Origin: Isurus oxyrinchus
Lineage: Eukaryota
Assembly: GCA_026770705.1 (NCBI GenBank)
Contig: JANJGN010000152.1
Span: forward strand, 682,001 to 746,000
DNA: 64,000 bases
Direction of reading: 5' to 3'
This document shows positions 1 through 12,933 of the stretch, one piece after another. How positions within the stretch are numbered: the stretch's first letter is position 1; the number at the start of each line of letters is the position of its first letter. The notes under the pieces are model-generated. The model worked only from the letters and a program-made list of their open reading frames with translations. It did not search any database and was not told the DNA's origin. The translations under genes were made by a program, and so were the position numbers.

Positions 1-87
1 TACAAGTTAATTAATTTCACAACTTCGCGTGTAATCCGTGCTCATCAAACCAGAATATCTCCACATTCATTCGTGGTGAGTGGACTA

Positions 88-325
88 GGTGTCTTTGATG
101 GTAGAGTGTAGAGGGAGATTCACCCTGCAGCTCATCCCTGTTCTATCTGTCCTGTAATTGTTTTTAGGACAGTGCAGAGGTAGATTTTATTCTGTATTTA
201 ACCCATGCGGTACTGACTCTGGATAAGAGTGTTTGAGCAGTGCAGAATGAGATTTATTTTGTATCATAACCGTGGAGCACCTGTCCTGTCAGTGTTTTAT
301 AGGATAGTGTGGAGGGAGAATTTCT
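88..325 (+). repeat. Degenerate ~65-bp tandem satellite (cagtgtagagggagctttactctgtatctaacccgtgctgtacctgtcctgggagtgttt-type)
   Basis: 3-4 diverged units; same unit recurs at ~24905-25270 (-) and ~58150-58385 (+). Confidence 0.7.
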
Positions 326-787
326 CGGTGAGTAACTAATGATGACCCTGAGTGACATGCTTGGCTGGTGAACAGCACGTACACACGCATACACACACAT
401 ACACACACAAACAGAGAAATAACAAATACCCATCTCCCGTAATTGATGGACCTATTCAACTTTGTGTCCACCTTTGATGCTTAATGAATTGGTCAGGCTG
501 ATTTTTTTTAACCAAATTGCAACCTAACCTTATAATGGTGGAAACATTAAGGAGAATGCAAATGAGCATATATTGTCTTAATTAATTGGGCACATAAGAG
601 AACTGAGACAAATAATCTCACAACTGATGTAAACGAGCAACGGCAGCGAATAGAAAAGAATACGTAGAGAAGTTATAATAACAGTATAATCAAAGTAATA
701 ACATTCATTACAGTCTCACGTAATAACAGTTCAGCAAATTCATGCAGCAATATTCGTGTCGAAATTCAGAGTCATTGTTTTCCGCAG

Positions 788-1045
788 GTTGGCGCTCCAG
801 CATTTCACCTTTGGTGAAAACGTGCCGAAGCACCCGTTTACTGGTGCCAGGGAGATAACAGGAAACATCATTGTTCCGTGACACTTCACTTCATACAATG
901 GTATATTCAGGCCAAGAGCTCGTACATAATTTGCAGTTGGGGTGAATCTTTTAACAATCTCCGAGAAGGAAGCGGGATTAGTCCCTTATTGTGAGCGCCG
1001 AACGTTGCACTATTTAGAGACAAATGTGGTGGTGTGAAAGTCTAC
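788..1045 (+). pseudogene. Highly decayed TCR V-like relic
   Basis: Acceptor tttccgcag, fragments IIVP*HFTS, QWYIQ and LTISEKEAGLVPYCER in shifting frames; no intact RSS. Confidence 0.3.
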
Positions 1046-1074
1046 TAATTCACGCTGGCGTTGTGCCCTACCAA

Positions 1075-1077
<3 letters not shown>

Positions 1078-1141
<64 letters not shown>

Positions 1142-1146
1142 TGTGT
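1078..1146 (+). repeat. (TG)n microsatellite
   Basis: Nearly pure TG run; an interrupted copy lies at ~1760-1808. Confidence 0.95.
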
Positions 1147-1467
1147 AAAAGTAAACAACGTACGCATGTGTTGCATTATGCATGATTGCATAATTCGTAT
1201 GTAGAGTAGAAGTGTGTAGAAAGCACGTAACAAAGGAGGGTTAGACAATGAGCTCTTGGAATCATTGCATTTCATGGTCCAATGGCACCTGGTAGTCCGA
1301 CGAAAAAGACCAGCAATTCCTTCATCCAGATTGGTTCCTCAAATAATTCATAAACAGATGTTGAGATATGATGATCATTTTGTGACAGAATGGAATTTTT
1401 GCTATTGGCCACAAATTGAAATTTTCCAGAAACTATCTGGATTCCGCAATATCTTTATTCCCGATAG

Positions 1468-1725
1468 GCTCAGATTGGCAAAACTTCCTGACAAATAATT
1501 GTACATTCCCACCTCTCCCTGTGTAAATAATATTTCTACCCTATAATATCGACTATATTTGAAAACAAGTATGAACTTGCCGCTTTCTGAGATCCTCAGG
1601 ATGTAATAAGTGGTGGAGAAGCTGGGTGAATCTTTTAACAATCTCCGAGAAGGAAGCGGGATTAGTCCCTTATTGTGAGCGCCGTAAATTGCACTATTAG
1701 AGACAAATGTGGTGTGCAAAAGTCT
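1468..1725 (+). pseudogene. Highly decayed TCR V-like relic
   Basis: NCTF...TL*YR with C-to-(W) spacing like a V domain; 3' end LTISEKEAGLVPYCER shared with the relic at ~940-1045. Confidence 0.3.
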
Positions 1726-2381
1726 ACTAATTCATGTTGGTGTTCTGGCCTACCAATTCTGTGTGTGTGTCTGTGTGTGTGTCTGTATTTGTGTGTATGT
1801 GCGTGTGTAAAAGTAAACCATGTACACATGTGTTGCATTATGCATGTTTGCATAATTCGTATGTAGAGTAGAAGTGTGTAGAAAGCACAAAACACATCAT
1901 TCTGAATGTTTACAAATGCATGTTGCTGGTAATATCGCATTAGACCCTGCCTTATTTCATAGATTGCAAGGAAATACCATTGCTTACGTCACACAAGACC
2001 TGTTTTCATTTATTATTGTAATTGAGCTTGTCTCTGTTTACGTTATGCAAGTCCCTGCATCAGTTTTCAGTGAAGTAGAGAATGTCCACTTTTACATTAG
2101 CTTAGTTTCTATCTCTGTTATTGAATTAATAGATCTTGGGCCTATTAGATTAAACCAGATCACTTTTTATGAGATTAGATCTTATTCTGTGATTAGGTGA
2201 GGGCACATTTTGGCTCTGTTCATGTTACATTTGACAATTGTTTAACTCTTATCAGATTAGGCTGTCCCATGTCTCTGTTTATGATATACTGGGCCATGTC
2301 ATTGTCATTCTGTGTTTCAGACCACCCGCACCCATCAACACTCTATCGCCAAACAAATCAATATATGACTATGGGACTTTA

Positions 2382-2945
2382 AACAAGAGTGGGCCGTTCA
2401 GCCCACAGAACCTGATCCACCATTCCATACATTCATGGCTGATCTGTTTGTGGTCCTATTCCATATTCCCGTCTGGCCCCTAACTCCCTTGGCTATCAAA
2501 AATCTGCCTAACTTATGGTATTAGCACAACATAACTCACCCTTGAATATATTTAATGACCAGCCTCCACTGCTTTCTAAGAAAGAGAATTCCACATACAA
2601 ACAACCCTCTGAGAGAAGAATAAATCTCCTCATCTGCCCCTTAAAGGTAGGTCCCTTAATCCTAAACTCTGTCCCCTAGTTCTGGTCACTCCCGGAAGTG
2701 GAAACATGCTCCCGGTATCTACCTTGTCAAGACACAGCACCAGCCTACCCGTATTATCCCCCCTACCTCTCTCTCTCTCTCCCCCCACCGCCCCCCGCCC
2801 CCCCCCCCCCCCACCCCACCACCCACCTCCCACCCACCTCAGGCTCCTACATATTTCGCTAAGTTCATCTTTTATTATTTTAAATTCCACTGGCTATTGA
2901 TCCAAATTATTCAAGATTTCTTCATAAGATAAGCTCCTCATCCCA
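2382..2945 (-). mobile_element. CR1-type LINE 3' fragment
   Basis: Same 3' end as the CR1 copies at 6.7 and 12.9 kb; remnants of ORF2 C-terminus (LDKVDTGSMFPLPGVTRTRGQSL). Confidence 0.75.
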
Positions 2946-3357
2946 AACAACGATGAACTGATCGATGGTTTTCATTGATAAGCATGATATTAGGGACCTC
3001 CAGCTGCACAAATTTGATTTAGCGTTTCTTGAAAAGCACTTTATTCACCGAGAGAGATGGTTCGTATGGCCGGAGGTCGTGAATATTGCTGTTTGCAACC
3101 ATAAAGCAAAGGAGCAGATCAGTTGCCGGTCTATGAAAGAGCAAGCCAGTTAGTTATTGTTACTTGTTCTTAATCAAATGTCACCCTAGAATTTACTAAA
3201 TTAACTTTTGAAACTTGTTATTGAATGTGCGTCCAGCTCCTTTTCATGAAGCAGAAGCCAGATCACAATTCAGTGCTCAAAAATCCCACTTCCCATCCCA
3301 TCAAATACTTTGTTTTAAGTGTTAAGAATAACGTTAGTGGAACTTGTGTCTGTGAAG

Positions 3358-3953
3358 NNNNNNNNNNNNNNNNNNNNNNNNNNNNNNNNNNNNNNNNNNN
3401 NNNNNNNNNNNNNNNNNNNNNNNNNNNNNNNNNNNNNNNNNNNNNNNNNNNNNNNNNNNNNNNNNNNNNNNNNNNNNNNNNNNNNNNNNNNNNNNNNNNN
3501 NNNNNNNNNNNNNNNNNNNNNNNNNNNNNNNNNNNNNNNNNNNNNNNNNNNNNNNNNNNNNNNNNNNNNNNNNNNNNNNNNNNNNNNNNNNNNNNNNNNN
3601 NNNNNNNNNNNNNNNNNNNNNNNNNNNNNNNNNNNNNNNNNNNNNNNNNNNNNNNNNNNNNNNNNNNNNNNNNNNNNNNNNNNNNNNNNNNNNNNNNNNN
3701 NNNNNNNNNNNNNNNNNNNNNNNNNNNNNNNNNNNNNNNNNNNNNNNNNNNNNNNNNNNNNNNNNNNNNNNNNNNNNNNNNNNNNNNNNNNNNNNNNNNN
3801 NNNNNNNNNNNNNNNNNNNNNNNNNNNNNNNNNNNNNNNNNNNNNNNNNNNNNNNNNNNNNNNNNNNNNNNNNNNNNNNNNNNNNNNNNNNNNNNNNNNN
3901 NNNNNNNNNNNNNNNNNNNNNNNNNNNNNNNNNNNNNNNNNNNNNNNNNNNNN
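3358..3953. other. Assembly gap (596 N)
   Basis: Run of n. Confidence 1.
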
Positions 3954-4437
3954 GATAGATAAAGAAAAATGGAAAAAAAACGACCTCAGGATTTCCTGGT
4001 GCTTTCCTGCCAATCAAGTGTTTCCCCCCGTGTCATGTGGGAAACACGTCAGCAAATGCAAGATTCCACAAATATAATTGGAGAAATAATCAGATCGCTG
4101 TTTTCAATGCTGTTAAATGAGGGACAATTATTGTAGGAACCTGGGGAAAGCTCTTCCTGCTCCTTTTTGAAATTGCGACCATGGGATATTCACATTCCAC
4201 ATGAGAGGGCAGATACTCTCAGTGGTTTAGTGTCTCAAACAGGCAGGCAGCAAGTGCGATAGTTCAGTGTTCATTCAGGGCCAAAGGGACACTGTCAGCA
4301 CTGTAGTATGAGGGTAACATCTCTCAAGCGCTACAGCCCAGGTCTTTCTGGTTCTGGAGAAAGAGAGAGAGAGAGAGAGCGAAGGAGAGAGAGAGAGAGA
4401 GAGCTGCTACATAGTGAACCATGATGATGAAAGAGAA

Positions 4438-6315
4438 TTAACGAGAGAACGTTATACCATGTTTAAAACAACCAGTGACGGTGGTGAAGGGGCACATCAG
4501 CAGCTTCTTCAGCTCCTCCCGGAACCTTTTCTGGGCCACTGCATAGATGAAGACGTTGTTGCAGGAACTGACTAACTGGAGCATGTTGGGTGTCTCCTGG
4601 AGGATGTATCGCGGGTCATTGAAATTCAGGCTGGTCAGGTAGCCCTCGCCTGTAATCAGATGTAGAGGAAATGTCCAACAAAGGTGACCCACAGGAGGAG
4701 GAAGCTGAGGGAGATGGCGAAAAGCAGGACAATGGACCGCTTGCGGTTAGCCATCTCCTGGTCTCCGTCACCTTCGGCGCCCCGGAGCCTCCTGCGGGCT
4801 CTGCTGGCCGCTAAGATGTGCCTTATGGTCAGGGCATTGAGCAGCAGAATGAGGACGAACGGGAGGAAAGGAGTTAAGATGTGGTCCAGCCAGTCGTAGA
4901 CCTGCCAGGCGGGCAAAGTGTAATAGGTAGGCTTAACTGCACAGAACCAGGGCACCCCATCCTGGATGTACAAAGGCTGGTAGGTAAAGTAATGAGGGAT
5001 GTTCCTCAAGCAGCTTAGGGCACTGACCAGCCCTATAACCAGCAACGCAGTTTTCTCAGTGCAGTATCTGGTCTTCAGACTCTGACAGCAGATGGCCACG
5101 AAACGGTCGATGGTGAAGGCGACCGTCAGCCAGACTGAGCCATCCCGGGTGGCAAAGACCAGCACGGCACTAAGTGCGCATGCGGGAGTGGTGGACAGGA
5201 CACTGTCCTGAAAGTAGATCCGGCCGATCCGATTGAGGATGACGGCGGTGATGATGACCAGGAAATCGCTCACTGCTATCGCCACCAGGTAGTAGGTGAT
5301 GCAACAGGACAGTCCGCATCGCCCTCGGGATAGGATTACAATCCCCAAAAAGTTCGCTGTGAGAGATAAAAAGAGGGGTCAAACGGACTGGAAACCTTGA
5401 TTCTATTTATCTCTCTACAGATGCTGCTAGACCTGCTGAGTTTTTCCAGAGTCTCCTGATTTAATTTCAGATTTCCACCATCCACAGTGTTCTGCTTTTA
5501 TCTGAATGAGCAAAAAATGTTGACCTTGTCATGGACACCTGCATCCCGCTAATGATTAAAAATATAATTTACCAAAATTCACAAGGCCTAAAATATCCAT
5601 AACAAATTAAAAATCTTGAATCTCCACTCACCTTTTTCAAACATTTCCATAATTAATTCCTAAGACCTTAATTCCTAATAAGAACGGTCCAGTGGGAACT
5701 CATTATTCCGTAACTTTTACATTATTCTAGAGATCGCATTGTATATTTGTGTTATCATTAAAAGTATTTTATATTACAATTTATCTAATATATATGATAA
5801 CACTGTAATTATTCACTTTCTAATATACTGATAAAATCAGAGAATGCAGGAATGCAGGTCAGTACATTCAGATACTCGATGATCCCGCACAACACTCAAA
5901 ACGCTGGATTGCATTTGACTGGATTGGAATATAACGCAATGTTCAACTATATAACAGGTTAATGTCCAGGCAAAGCCAAGCTCTGCAACTCATATCTCAG
6001 CATTCTAATAAAAGGCATTTCTCTAAATGTGCAGCATAATAAATTGAATAATATTTTGTAATGCCCCACAATGCTAGCACAAATAGCGCAGCATAATCAA
6101 CCATAACACTGTATAATATCATCCAGAGCACCTATATACGTTGGAGCTCGGTTTCAGATCCTATCATTCAGACCCTGAAAGTTAAGAGACCAAACTTCTG
6201 GAGATTTACATCAAGACAAACATTTTTTCGGGATCCATCGCTTACCAGGAGCACCAATAAGAGCGAGAATCGGATAGAAAATAGCGAAGAAGAGGCCTTT
6301 CGCTGGGCCGTGCAT
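4438..6315 (-). pseudogene. Class A GPCR of the expanded elasmobranch GPR139/GPR142-like family; exon 1 6246-6315, exon 2 4438-5356; 1-nt frameshift near 4656 (pseudogene or sequencing error)
   Basis: Exon 1 MHGPAKGLFFAIFYPILALIGAP|gtaag; acceptor tctcacag|; joined frame ANFLGIVILSRGRCGLS...LVAIAVSDFL...AFTIDRFVAICC...TPFLPFVLILLLNALT...; TM7/helix 8 (MLQLVSSCNNVFIYAVAQKRFREEL) is in another frame after FLYI-TGA. Confidence 0.88.
5380..5505. mobile_element. Penelope-like element terminal fragment in the GPCR intron
   Basis: ctctctacagatgctgctagacctgctgagtttttccag motif; reverse-complement copy at ~27265-27340. Confidence 0.55.
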
Positions 6316-6708
6316 CGTCTCTCAGAAACTCAAGGAATTACCGCAGCTGTGCAAAAAAGCATCCCTCCTTTATTCTAAATGAGAGTCTCCAGAGGGACAG
6401 TTAAGAACAATCTACACCTCAGTCACAGATCAGTGAACAAACAGATTGACTCACGGGTTCTTCCAATCGTTGCCACGTGTCCCATTATATCGTGCTTTTC
6501 TGTGTCAGGTTAGTTCGTGTATTTTTTACGTTTTTAAATGCTTTAACGTTCCCTAAATATTTTAAGAGATATACAGCTGAAATGGTCGAAATCACTGTTA
6601 ACGTTTAACAACACCTTTTCTCCCACTCTCACACACAGCCATCACAAAATAGGATTTCAAAGGAATAAGAATTGATTAAATAAGAAATAAGAATTAATTA
6701 AATAAGAA

Positions 6709-7800
6709 ATAGGAACAGCAGTAGACCACTCGGCCCCTCGAACCTGCTCCGATATTCAATAAGATCATGGCTGATCTTCTCGTGTTTTGATTTCCACATT
6801 CCCATCTTACCCCCGTAACCGTTGATCCCCTTGCCTGACAAAAATCTATCTGCCTCTGCTTAAAAAATATTCGGCTACCCCGCCTCCACTGCCTTCCAAT
6901 GCAGAGTTCCAAGGTCGTACAACCCTCTGAGAGAAGAAAATTCTCCTCATCTCTGTCCTAAAAGGGCGAACACTAATTTTGAAGTAGTGCCCGCTAGTTC
7001 TGGACTCATCCACAAGAGGAAACGTTTTTTCGATGTCTACATTGTCAAGGCTGTTCAGGATCTTGAATACTTTAATCAAGTCACCCCTCACTCTTCTAAA
7101 CTCCTGTGGCAATAAGTCCAGTTTGTCCAACCTTTCCTCACAAGCCAACCCACTCATTCCAGGTATCAATCTAGAAAATCTCCTTTCAACCGCCTCTCAT
7201 GCATTTACATCCTCCCTTAAATAAGAAGACTAAAACAGCACACAGTATTCGAGGTGCGGCCTCACCAATGCCCTGTATAACTGAAACATAACTTCCTTAC
7301 TTTTATGTTGAATCCCTCTCGTAATAAAGAATAACATTCCATTAGCCTTCTTTAGTACTTGCTCTACCTGCAAATTAACTTTTTGTGACTCGTGTACTCG
7401 AACACCTAGATCCCTCCACCCATCAGGATTTTGCAGTCATTCTCCATTTAAGTGATACTCTGTTTTTTTGTTCTCCCTGCCAAAGTAAACAACTTCACGT
7501 TTTCTCACATTAAATTCAATTTGCCAGGTCTTTTCCCACTCACTCAATCTATCTATATCCATCTGCAACCTCCTCATGTCCACATCGCAACATACTTTCC
7601 TACCTATCTTTGTGTCACCTGCAAATTTAACTAGCATGTCTTCAAGCACATCGTCTAAGTCATTGATGTAAATCGTATAAAAATAAGGCTCCATACAGAA
7701 CCCTGTGGGACTCTTCTCGTCACATCCTGGCAATCCGAAAAAGAGCCATTTATGCACACTTTCTGCTGTCCGCCAGCCAGCCTGATAACTGAAGCTAACA
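6709..7800 (-). mobile_element. CR1 LINE, 5'-truncated, RT C-terminus and 3' UTR
   Basis: VPQGSV, YINDLDD..VKFAGDTKIG, IPGMSGLACEERLDKLDL, GDLIKVFKIL, FFSQRVVRPWN; stops and frameshifts. Confidence 0.9.
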
Positions 7801-8278
7801 CGATCATATCCCCCTTTGACTTAACAAGCATTGGAAGTAAACCGTTGTTTTGGGTCACATAGAGCAAGAAAATAGCATTCCGACTAACATGGTGGATTGT
7901 TTTGTTTTACGTTTTACTGAAAATAGCTGCCATTCTGAGTTTTCCGTTTTATTTTCCCAGAGAACACTGAGTCGTCAAACATCATGATTTGGAGGATATG
8001 TGTAAACAAAACATGGAGGAGAAAGTCGAGTGTAGGTTAATGAACCTCGTTGAACTTAGGGGCAAGCTGCTCTGTGCTCAGTCTTCCATTGCTCGCTCAG
8101 GGAAAAATAGTTGTTTCGGGTCTCTGCTCAAATGCTTTTTGCGGATTGTTGCAAATCATATCAGCTGCTTTGCAGGCACAGCGCGCCATTGTCCAGGCAT
8201 GAGATCCAGTCAAATAATTAACATCATCAAAGTGATTCTAGAAGTTGAGATAGTTTCAGGAATTCACACACAGACTCA

Positions 8279-8620
8279 GAGAATCACAGACTCACAGAAT
8301 CACAGAGTACAGAAGAGGCCCTTCGGCCCATCGAGTCTGCACCGACACGTGAGAAACACCTGACCTATCTACCTAATCCCATTTACCAGCACGTGGCCCA
8401 TAAGCTTGAATGTTATGACGTGCCAAGTGCTCACCCAGGTACTTTTTAAAAGATGTGAGACAACCCGCCTCCACCACCTTCTCAGGCAACGCATTCCAGA
8501 CCGTCACCACCCTGAGTAAAAGAGTTTTTCCTCACATCCCCCCTAAACCTCCTGCCCCTCACCTTGAACTCATGTCCCCTCGTGACTGACCCTTCAACTA
8601 AGGGGAACAGTTGCTCCCTA
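8279..8620 (-). mobile_element. CR1 LINE 3' fragment with (cacagaat)n tail
   Basis: 8-bp tail repeats followed by typical CR1 3' UTR and ORF2 end. Confidence 0.75.
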
Positions 8621-9091
8621 TTACAATGTTCAATATGTTACATATACCAACAATGGCAGCGAGAAAATCCAGTCTGCCCGACACACCTTAAAGAGTTAAT
8701 GGATTAATTCGCAGGGCAGTCGTTGTTGAAATATAGAAACGCGGTAGCTAATATATACACCATAAGCTCCCACAAAAAAAACAACCTGATAAAGCTGTTT
8801 TAGTGATGTCGGTTGAAACATTAGAATAGGTCCAGGAAACTTGGGAGAAATCCGCTATCATTTTCCAAAATAGAGGTCTGGGATTTTTTTATCTAAGAAA
8901 GTCGTGGGACCGTCGGTTTAACCCGAGAATCAGCCTGGATGATGGACTGAACTCTCTGGAGTGAAAAATGAATTCATACCCTTATAATTCAGATGCAGCA
9001 GTCAGGCCCACTGAGCAGCGGATAGCACTGACAGAGCAGGGCATGTTCCTTTGACCTGGAGAGAACGCCTGTGCCAGTTCTATATCAGTGT

Positions 9092-9590
9092 GGTTTTTGT
9101 ACAGCGGCAGATGAGTTTGAAATAATTCTGACCCCAACCAGCAGAAAGATAGAGCTGTGCCCTCTATTTCCGCTCGAGCGGTCGATGAAGAAAACTTCTT
9201 TTCTGAATTAGTCTGCTTGGCTTCGATCTTCCGTTGACAATATCAGCGTCCATTTTTCTGTCGTTTTCCCGATGCAAAATAAAACTGGGAGCCGTTGTAT
9301 GCTGTCTGTATTAACACAGATTGGGGTCAACGAGGTTTGTTGTGTCTATAATCTACAGTCTATAATCACACCATCTCCTTCAGACACGTAGATTGCTGTC
9401 TGAGATTGTGATCCCGCATCTGCCCGAATCTCCTCTGAAATAAAAATGAACCGAGGGCTAACTATAACTTTAACTGTGTTAGAATGTCTAATAACACCAC
9501 ATAAGTGTAAACAGATACCAGGCATGGCCGTACCTACCGAACACCAATCAGAATATAACGGGATGACGGTACGACTTGAGATCTATTATG
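9092..9590 (-). pseudogene. TCR alpha/delta V pseudogene (same family as 21764 and 59845)
   Basis: Acceptor tttcag|, EIRADAGSQSQTAIYVSEGDGVIIDCRL*, decayed 3' end; perfect nonamer at 9092-9100 with degenerate heptamer 23 bp away; leader remnant with gtagg donor near 9537. Confidence 0.75.
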
Positions 9591-10519
9591 ATGCAACAAC
9601 AGCCCCTTGGAAGAGCAGTTTTATTTGCTGTTGTAATCTGTTAAATAACCGTGGAAAAACGGGTTGGCATATATGTAGAGCAGGAGATGAGGAAGCAATT
9701 CTGCTGTTATCAAAATGTAACAAATCAATTATCTGGGTTTGAACAGGAGAACTGTCTGGTCCTCCTGCCGCATCTGACGGCATTACTCAGAATATAATTC
9801 ATATAGGAGGAGGAGAGACCCGGGTTGTGTACAGCACCGCGCTGGGCGGGCTTTGTGTTTGAAAATTCGCCCCGCCATCACTGCCTCGACGTCGTGCTCA
9901 TAAAAGTAATATTTTTGTGATGTAAGGCAACTCATCATATTCCAAAAGCAGGAAGAGAATTAATGAATGAGAGTGCACGAGGGAAAGTGGAGGAGAGGAG
10001 AGAAAAAACTGGAATAGAGAAAGAACAAAAACCAAAGATTTCAAATATACAGTAAAACTGAACGAAAAACTGACAAAAGCAAGAAAGATAACGCCTGGTA
10101 TTTGTCATTCTGTACCCGCTGTTTCTCGCATTGCCTTGCATCTTTTCTGGTGATGTGGAAAGCGCTATGAAGGCCCGTATTTAACACACGTTTCTACTTC
10201 CCACCAGGGAACAACTTTCTTGAACCACAGCAGCTCCTCTGCTGAAGTTGAACACACAATGCTGTCAGCTAGGATTTACAAAATTAAGAGCCAGGATCGA
10301 TGAAGGACCGGCGATATATATAAGTTGGAATGATGTTTGACTTGGAGGGGAAAGTGGATGTGATGGTTCTTACCATGTTCCCGTTGCCCTTCCAAGTGAT
10401 TGAGATCATGGGTTTGGGGGGTACTTACCACTGATGCACAGTAGCAGCAGTCTGTACCATCTACAAGGTGCACTGCAGAAACTCTCCGAGGGTACACGAC
10501 ATTACCTTCCAAATCCACG

Positions 10520-10770
10520 ATCGCTACCGCCTAGAAGGACAAGGGCAGACAGATAGACCGTAACACCACCACCTGGAAGTTCCCCTCCAAGTCACTCACC
10601 ATCCGAACTTGGAAATATATCCACTAGTCCTTCAATTACTGGGTCAAAATCCTGGCACTCCTTTCCTTACAGCACTGTGGGCGTACCTACACCACATGGA
10701 CTGCAGCGGTTAAAGAAGGCAGCTCCCCCCACCTTCTAAAAGGCAACTTGGGATGGGCAATGATTGCTTC
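10520..10770 (+). mobile_element. CR1-like LINE 3' end
   Basis: Matches the tail of the RT-containing element at 16205-17345. Confidence 0.65.
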
Positions 10771-11884
10771 CCCAGAAAGCGTAGCCCATAAATTAATAAA
10801 ATAAAGGCTTTGTGTGCTGCTGCAGTGCATCCTATGGGCTTCACACCCCACAGCTGCGATTGGGAATCAGGATTCAACCTCTGATGTGCTGCTGTAGCCA
10901 CGGGTGCTCAGGATGTTCTTGGGGAACTGACTGTAGGTCATACCATGGAAGGTCAAATGGAGGTGGCCGTGCGTCTAATCAATGTAAGCTTACGTGACTG
11001 TATTTTCATAGATTATTGATAGTTCGGGTCATTCGATTCGTCAAGCAAATGGATATCTTAGCTTGGAACTATATCTATACTCTCTATGTAGCTCTTTCTC
11101 CATTTATATAATATGATTCACGGTTTCTGTTATTGCTGCACTGATGAAACACCTGTTTAAATTACAGAAGAGCCCGTAATTTAGTTTATTCTAGCATTGC
11201 ATCTATTTCACGTGATATTACACCAGAACCCCGCCGCAGTTATTACTGCTGCAGAATCAGAGCTGAGTTTGTCTCAATTTGTCCCCTCGAAATTTGACCA
11301 TGGTGGAATTCAAGCCCACAAGCCTTGAATGCCTTACCCATGCATAGAATAGAGTGACAACCAATTGCCCTATGCAGCTACATTTGATTTTGTAATGCTA
11401 TTATAATATAGTATTTCATAATACCGTGCATTGTATTATAATATAATAATTTATATTACATTTGGCCATGTGCCAGATGTTGCTGCATAAATGCATGCCG
11501 TTGTTTATGTTACATCAGACGTTGTCTCCTGGTTTTTACTATATTGGGCCCTGGCTCCGTTTATATTTCATTACGCCATGGCTCTGATTCTATCACATGA
11601 ACGTCTGTCTGGTGTAATGAAAACACCTGTAAACGGGGAGTGTCGCTTGACACAATAGTCTCCGTGTTGCAACCGTGCACTGAAAGTATCTGCAAAATTT
11701 CGATGCACTCTTTGTTCGTTCCAGACGTTTACAATGCGCCATAAGAGGGGCGCAAGTGAGCCTCCGCCACAAGAAACTGAGCTGCAGCTGTTCATCCCGC
11801 TCCACCGGCGGAAATGGTTTTGTTCCTTTCTTCGCTGCCAGTCTCTTGCTCAGTAACCGCACACCTTCTCACGGAAAACTTCTC

Positions 11885-12120
11885 GGAATTCATAACAGTA
11901 ATATTGGCACTTCCGTACTTAATTCTTGTTCATCTCTAGTCTCTCGTGGTTTGCGTTGAAAAACTTCACTGAGTGAAATTCACTGGCAAATTCTGAATCA
12001 TTTTAGATAAACTCCGGGGCTTGTAGTAGAGGGTGTTCGTCAGCAGGTGGTGAGAGTGATCTTACTGACATTGAAAACTGAAACCAATTTTGTCGAGGAC
12101 AGGTCATTCTGTGCGCTGTC
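11885..12120 (-). pseudogene. Decayed V-like relic
   Basis: Fragments QAPEFI*, DSEFAS and QYYC at V-like spacing; no RSS. Confidence 0.3.
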
Positions 12121-12933
12121 GGCGAAAGTAATAGTATTGGTACAGAGATTGGAATTACACAAATTATTGCTTAGACTAATTGTAAACGAGCATATATCGC
12201 TGGAACTTATCTGAAGGGAAAACAGGTATTAAATTTATTCGAAACCACACTTTCAGAAGCATACAATAGTTTTGGAGCGGGCCCAGAAGATATTTATTCA
12301 AATTGAACCAGAGATGAGATACTTCGGGTATCTAAAGAGATTAGAGAAACAGGATTTCTTCCTTAGGGCAGGGAATCTTAGAGGGGGATTATACCAGAGG
12401 TTTCTAAATTTCTGAAAGGTTGTTTCACAGAATTGTTAGTGAGATGCTAATTCCACTGGCAGGAGGATCGGTAGCCAATGTTCAGACAATTCGTAGAGGA
12501 ATAAAGGGGAAAAGTCACATTTTTTTATGCAGCGAATTGTTGTGAGCTGGGCTTTATTTCCTTTAGGGGAATGGAACTATATTCAGTTGGGACTTTAAAA
12601 AGGAAACTGTACAGATGCTTGCAAGTGGAAGAGGTGCAGGGGTTTGGAGAAAGAGAAGGAGAGTACATCTAATTATAAGAATTTTTTTCCAGGGAACGGG
12701 CACACTTTTGATGGGGTGGGTGGACTCCATCTTTCCTTTCGGCTTGATGAGCCCATAAATTGAAATTGGATGATTTAAGGTTAGCAATTGTATTCTTCAG
12801 GCTGCTTTATGTGATATTAGCATAGGGATGCTTAACAGAAACTGTGTCAGCGAATGAAATGGTATATTTGTAAATATAAGATATGACCTCAAGCCTTTCA
12901 GCTCTTTAGTAGCGAAAATGACTTACATTGAAA

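Noticed and set aside
556-563. Octamer ATGCAAAT (another at 48005)
   Set aside because: No recognisable leader or TATA context; the second lies in a repeat remnant; expected by chance.
3225-4077. Long ORFs of 227-252 aa
   Set aside because: They only span the N gap.
11571-11795. ORF with NFADTFSARL...DYCVKR
   Set aside because: Faintly V-like but spacing is wrong and no valid RSS follows.
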